Source of the DNA: Podarcis liolepis
Lineage: Eukaryota
DNA length: 64,000 bases
Assembly (NCBI GenBank): GCA_965112155.1
Contig: OZ218110.1
Direction: 5' to 3' (one strand)
Below the pieces are notes generated by a model. That model had not been told where the DNA came from. It ran no database searches and saw only the letters and a list, made by a program, of their open reading frames with translations. Both the position numbers and the translations under genes were made by a program. Of this stretch, positions 61,335 to 64,000 are shown piece by piece. Position 1 is the first letter of the stretch, and each line of letters begins with the position of its first letter.

Positions 61335-64000
61335 TACAATCCAACTTAACACAGCAACAGGACCTAGGAGTAGAAGACAGCCCCACATCTTAAGTTTGTC
61401 AGCCCCAAACTGTTTTGAGATGCCACTCTCTACTCCAGTTCATTACAACTAACCCAGGTGAGTGGAACTACATTTACTTGCTATGATTTCCAGTGTTCTT
61501 TTTCTCTCATCTCTCCACCACATATTTATATTTGTTGCATAGTTTAATGCAAGGGCTCAGGTATGTCACATTCATGTTCTTCTGTGAACTCAGAAAACAT
61601 CTTACATGTGCATCTAAAAATGCAAAGGATGCAGTTGCCCTGAGCAACCCCACCCAAACATCTGACTTCCATAAAGGCTTAAGCCTCAACACTTGTAACT
61701 TCACAAAACAATAGATTGTCTCAGTGTTAAGACTATTCAGCTTTCAAGTACAGGTTCTTGTATTTCACTCTGCTGAACAGTTTAATACTGCCATGCTGGT
61801 AGAAGCTCTGGGGCAGTTTGAATGCTCCCCCCCCCCGCCCCCACTTTTCTCTTACATGACTCTGAGGGCTAGTTCACATAATTCTTTTCCCTAGGTTGAA
61901 ATCAACATGAATGGATTTACAGTTGTTGAACTAGTCTTGTGAATAGCCCAATATGGATGTCTCTGAGCCATGAATCAACACATCCTGATTCATACCACTC
62001 TCTTGAGTTATCAAGATTTAAATGCTGGAACTGCAGAAGCTCACTTTTCATTCCCACAACTTGAATTCCAACACAATATTTAGAAACTATTTCTGGCTCT
62101 AGTGAAGACAAAAACTTGAGACTGAAAAACCACCAAAGTCTAGGGCACATTTACAAATGATGCTTAAATCCCCATATTTGTAGATCAAAGGAAAACTTCT
62201 GGGACCAGAACATACCCTGGAATTAATAAGTATTTTGCTTTCTCACTTTCCTTAATAATATTGGCAAACGGCACATTCCAAATAGAGATGAAACAAAATA
62301 AAATTTGACAAACTTTCAGAATTTGAATATTTGAATCAAATCAAATGTTTTCAAAAACTGACTTTGAGGATATTAAAAAACCCCTCTAAATAATCTGCTG
62401 ATTTATTATTCTGATGATATATTTCAAATAAAAAATGTGAGGTAACTGTTTGCTAAATTCAATTTATACCATCTTTTACACCATTTTATTCTCACAAAAA
62501 TCCTTCATTTGGCATACTGATTTTAGTCCAGTTAGCAGACTTTAAATCACAATTTTATAGTCGAAATAAAAACTTGAGAATTCCCCTATCAAAAAAATAA
62601 AAAATAAAAATCTGACTTGCACTATAGACTTTTAATACTGCTTTGTATACACATTGTTTTTAGGTCACACCCAGAAGTGGCTTGTCATGCGGAGTAAAAA
62701 CTATCTGGCAGGTGAGCAGCTCTTGCTTACTGGGAGGGAGACAAAGAGGGCTGAGATAGAAGGGAGGTCGATGTGGTGCAAACACACCAGTGAAGTAAAT
62801 CTGGCACTCCTGTCAGTGAGTTTGCACCATGCTGACCACCCCAGTACTTTACCCTCCCCCTCCTGGTAAGTAACACACCTGCACAGAAGCCAGTGTTGCA
62901 GTTCCATTCCACCCGGTCAGCTGCTTCTGGCCGCACCTAAAGTGTTTTTAAACATTTTAAAATGTCAATTTATAAATGTGATGAAGACCAAGCTACACAT
63001 TACATGCAAAGTTAGGCCAGAGGCCCCTTTTCAATAGGAAAAGTCAATTGGGGTATGTTTTGGAATGGAGAAGCAGAGGGCATGGAAAAGGTTTAACCCC
63101 TCCAATTGCCCACTCCCCATGTGGTTTTCACGTGTTAGAAGTGGCCACTGGGCTACTAGTGCATGCTTTTGTGTATACTGTTTGGCTCCGAGACTCACTG
63201 TGACCCGTGTTCACTTGGTGGCAAATCTGGATTTTTGGTTGTGTTGTGTGTGATGCAGCCCACTGGGTGTCACTGGTGAAAAGAGCTCATTATGCAAACA
63301 GAATTTAAAAAAAAAAAATCCTACAGATTCTGAGCCTTTACAGGATTTCAGGATGTTTACTGTTGTTTGCACTTGACAACACTGAATGCAGTACTGCATT
63401 TCAGTGCTACTTGAGACCTCGGTTGCATTCCTGAGTGGAACTATCTAAAATGCTGAAGAGGAAAAAACCCCAGCTTCCAGTAAATTAATTTTAGAGAAAA
63501 TGTATGGGGTTCATGCTGTGGGTTCCTCTTGCCCCAGTTGCAAGATCAGATAGATTTTGCCTACTTACTGTTGAATCTCAGCCAACTAACCCCCCAGCCC
63601 CAAAATCACATCTCCCCACGGCTGATGCGCGAAAATGTCAGACAGGACCTTAGCAGCAGACGGCATGCATTCCAAACAACACCAGATGGATTTTTATATT
63701 AGCTACTATTTCATGTTCAAGGCACAGCGACCGCAATGCTTTAAAAGGAAAAAAAAAAGAAAAAAGCCAGCCAGCCTCTGCACTGCTGCCACGCTTGCTT
63801 CGGCGAGATTAATTCTGCAAAATTAATTGGGACAAGATTGAAAAGGAAATTAAAATGCAGCTGAGTGAACAGGCTTTTCAAACACCTTTCCCCCCCCCTC
63901 TCGCTCCCCCTCCCTTGCTCTCTAACTATCCCCACCCCCACACCACCAAGCTTTATTAAGCCTCGGTTTCTCGGATGGCCATAGGTGAGTTCTGTTGTCA

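Overview
This is vertebrate genomic DNA from a squamate reptile, probably a lacertid lizard, judging by the Sauria-type and other tRNA-derived SINEs, CR1/L2/L1/Penelope fragments and TA- and 8-bp-TSD MITEs. The left part holds nearly all of SNX11 (sorting nexin 11, + strand). Five coding exons join in frame (4986-5072, 6507-6607, 7977-8075, 9330-9542, 10879-11011), and there is a tentative start-codon exon at 4862-4900. Converging tail-to-tail on the - strand is the 3' end of SKAP1: its last coding exon (29453-29558, SH3 C-terminus) and a probable non-coding terminal exon. No earlier SKAP1 exon was found, so 29.6-64 kb looks like one large SKAP1 intron. SNX11-SKAP1 is the conserved flank on the 3' (HOXB1) side of the HOXB cluster, so HOXB should lie beyond the right edge. 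That intron contains many repeat-free, CpG-retaining, TAAT-rich blocks. They include a DR5 retinoic-acid response element nearly identical to the Hoxa1/RARb element, two further DR5-like sites, PBX-HOX and MEIS motifs, and a CTCF-like motif; two more CTCF-like motifs lie in the intergenic region. My best candidate for an undescribed system is a long-range RA/Hox-responsive enhancer array for HOXB inside SKAP1. This is motif-level inference only. Also notable is a minimal hammerhead ribozyme carried by a Penelope element in an SNX11 intron. Most ORFs in the supplied track are spurious. There is a 200-N assembly gap at 4382-4581.
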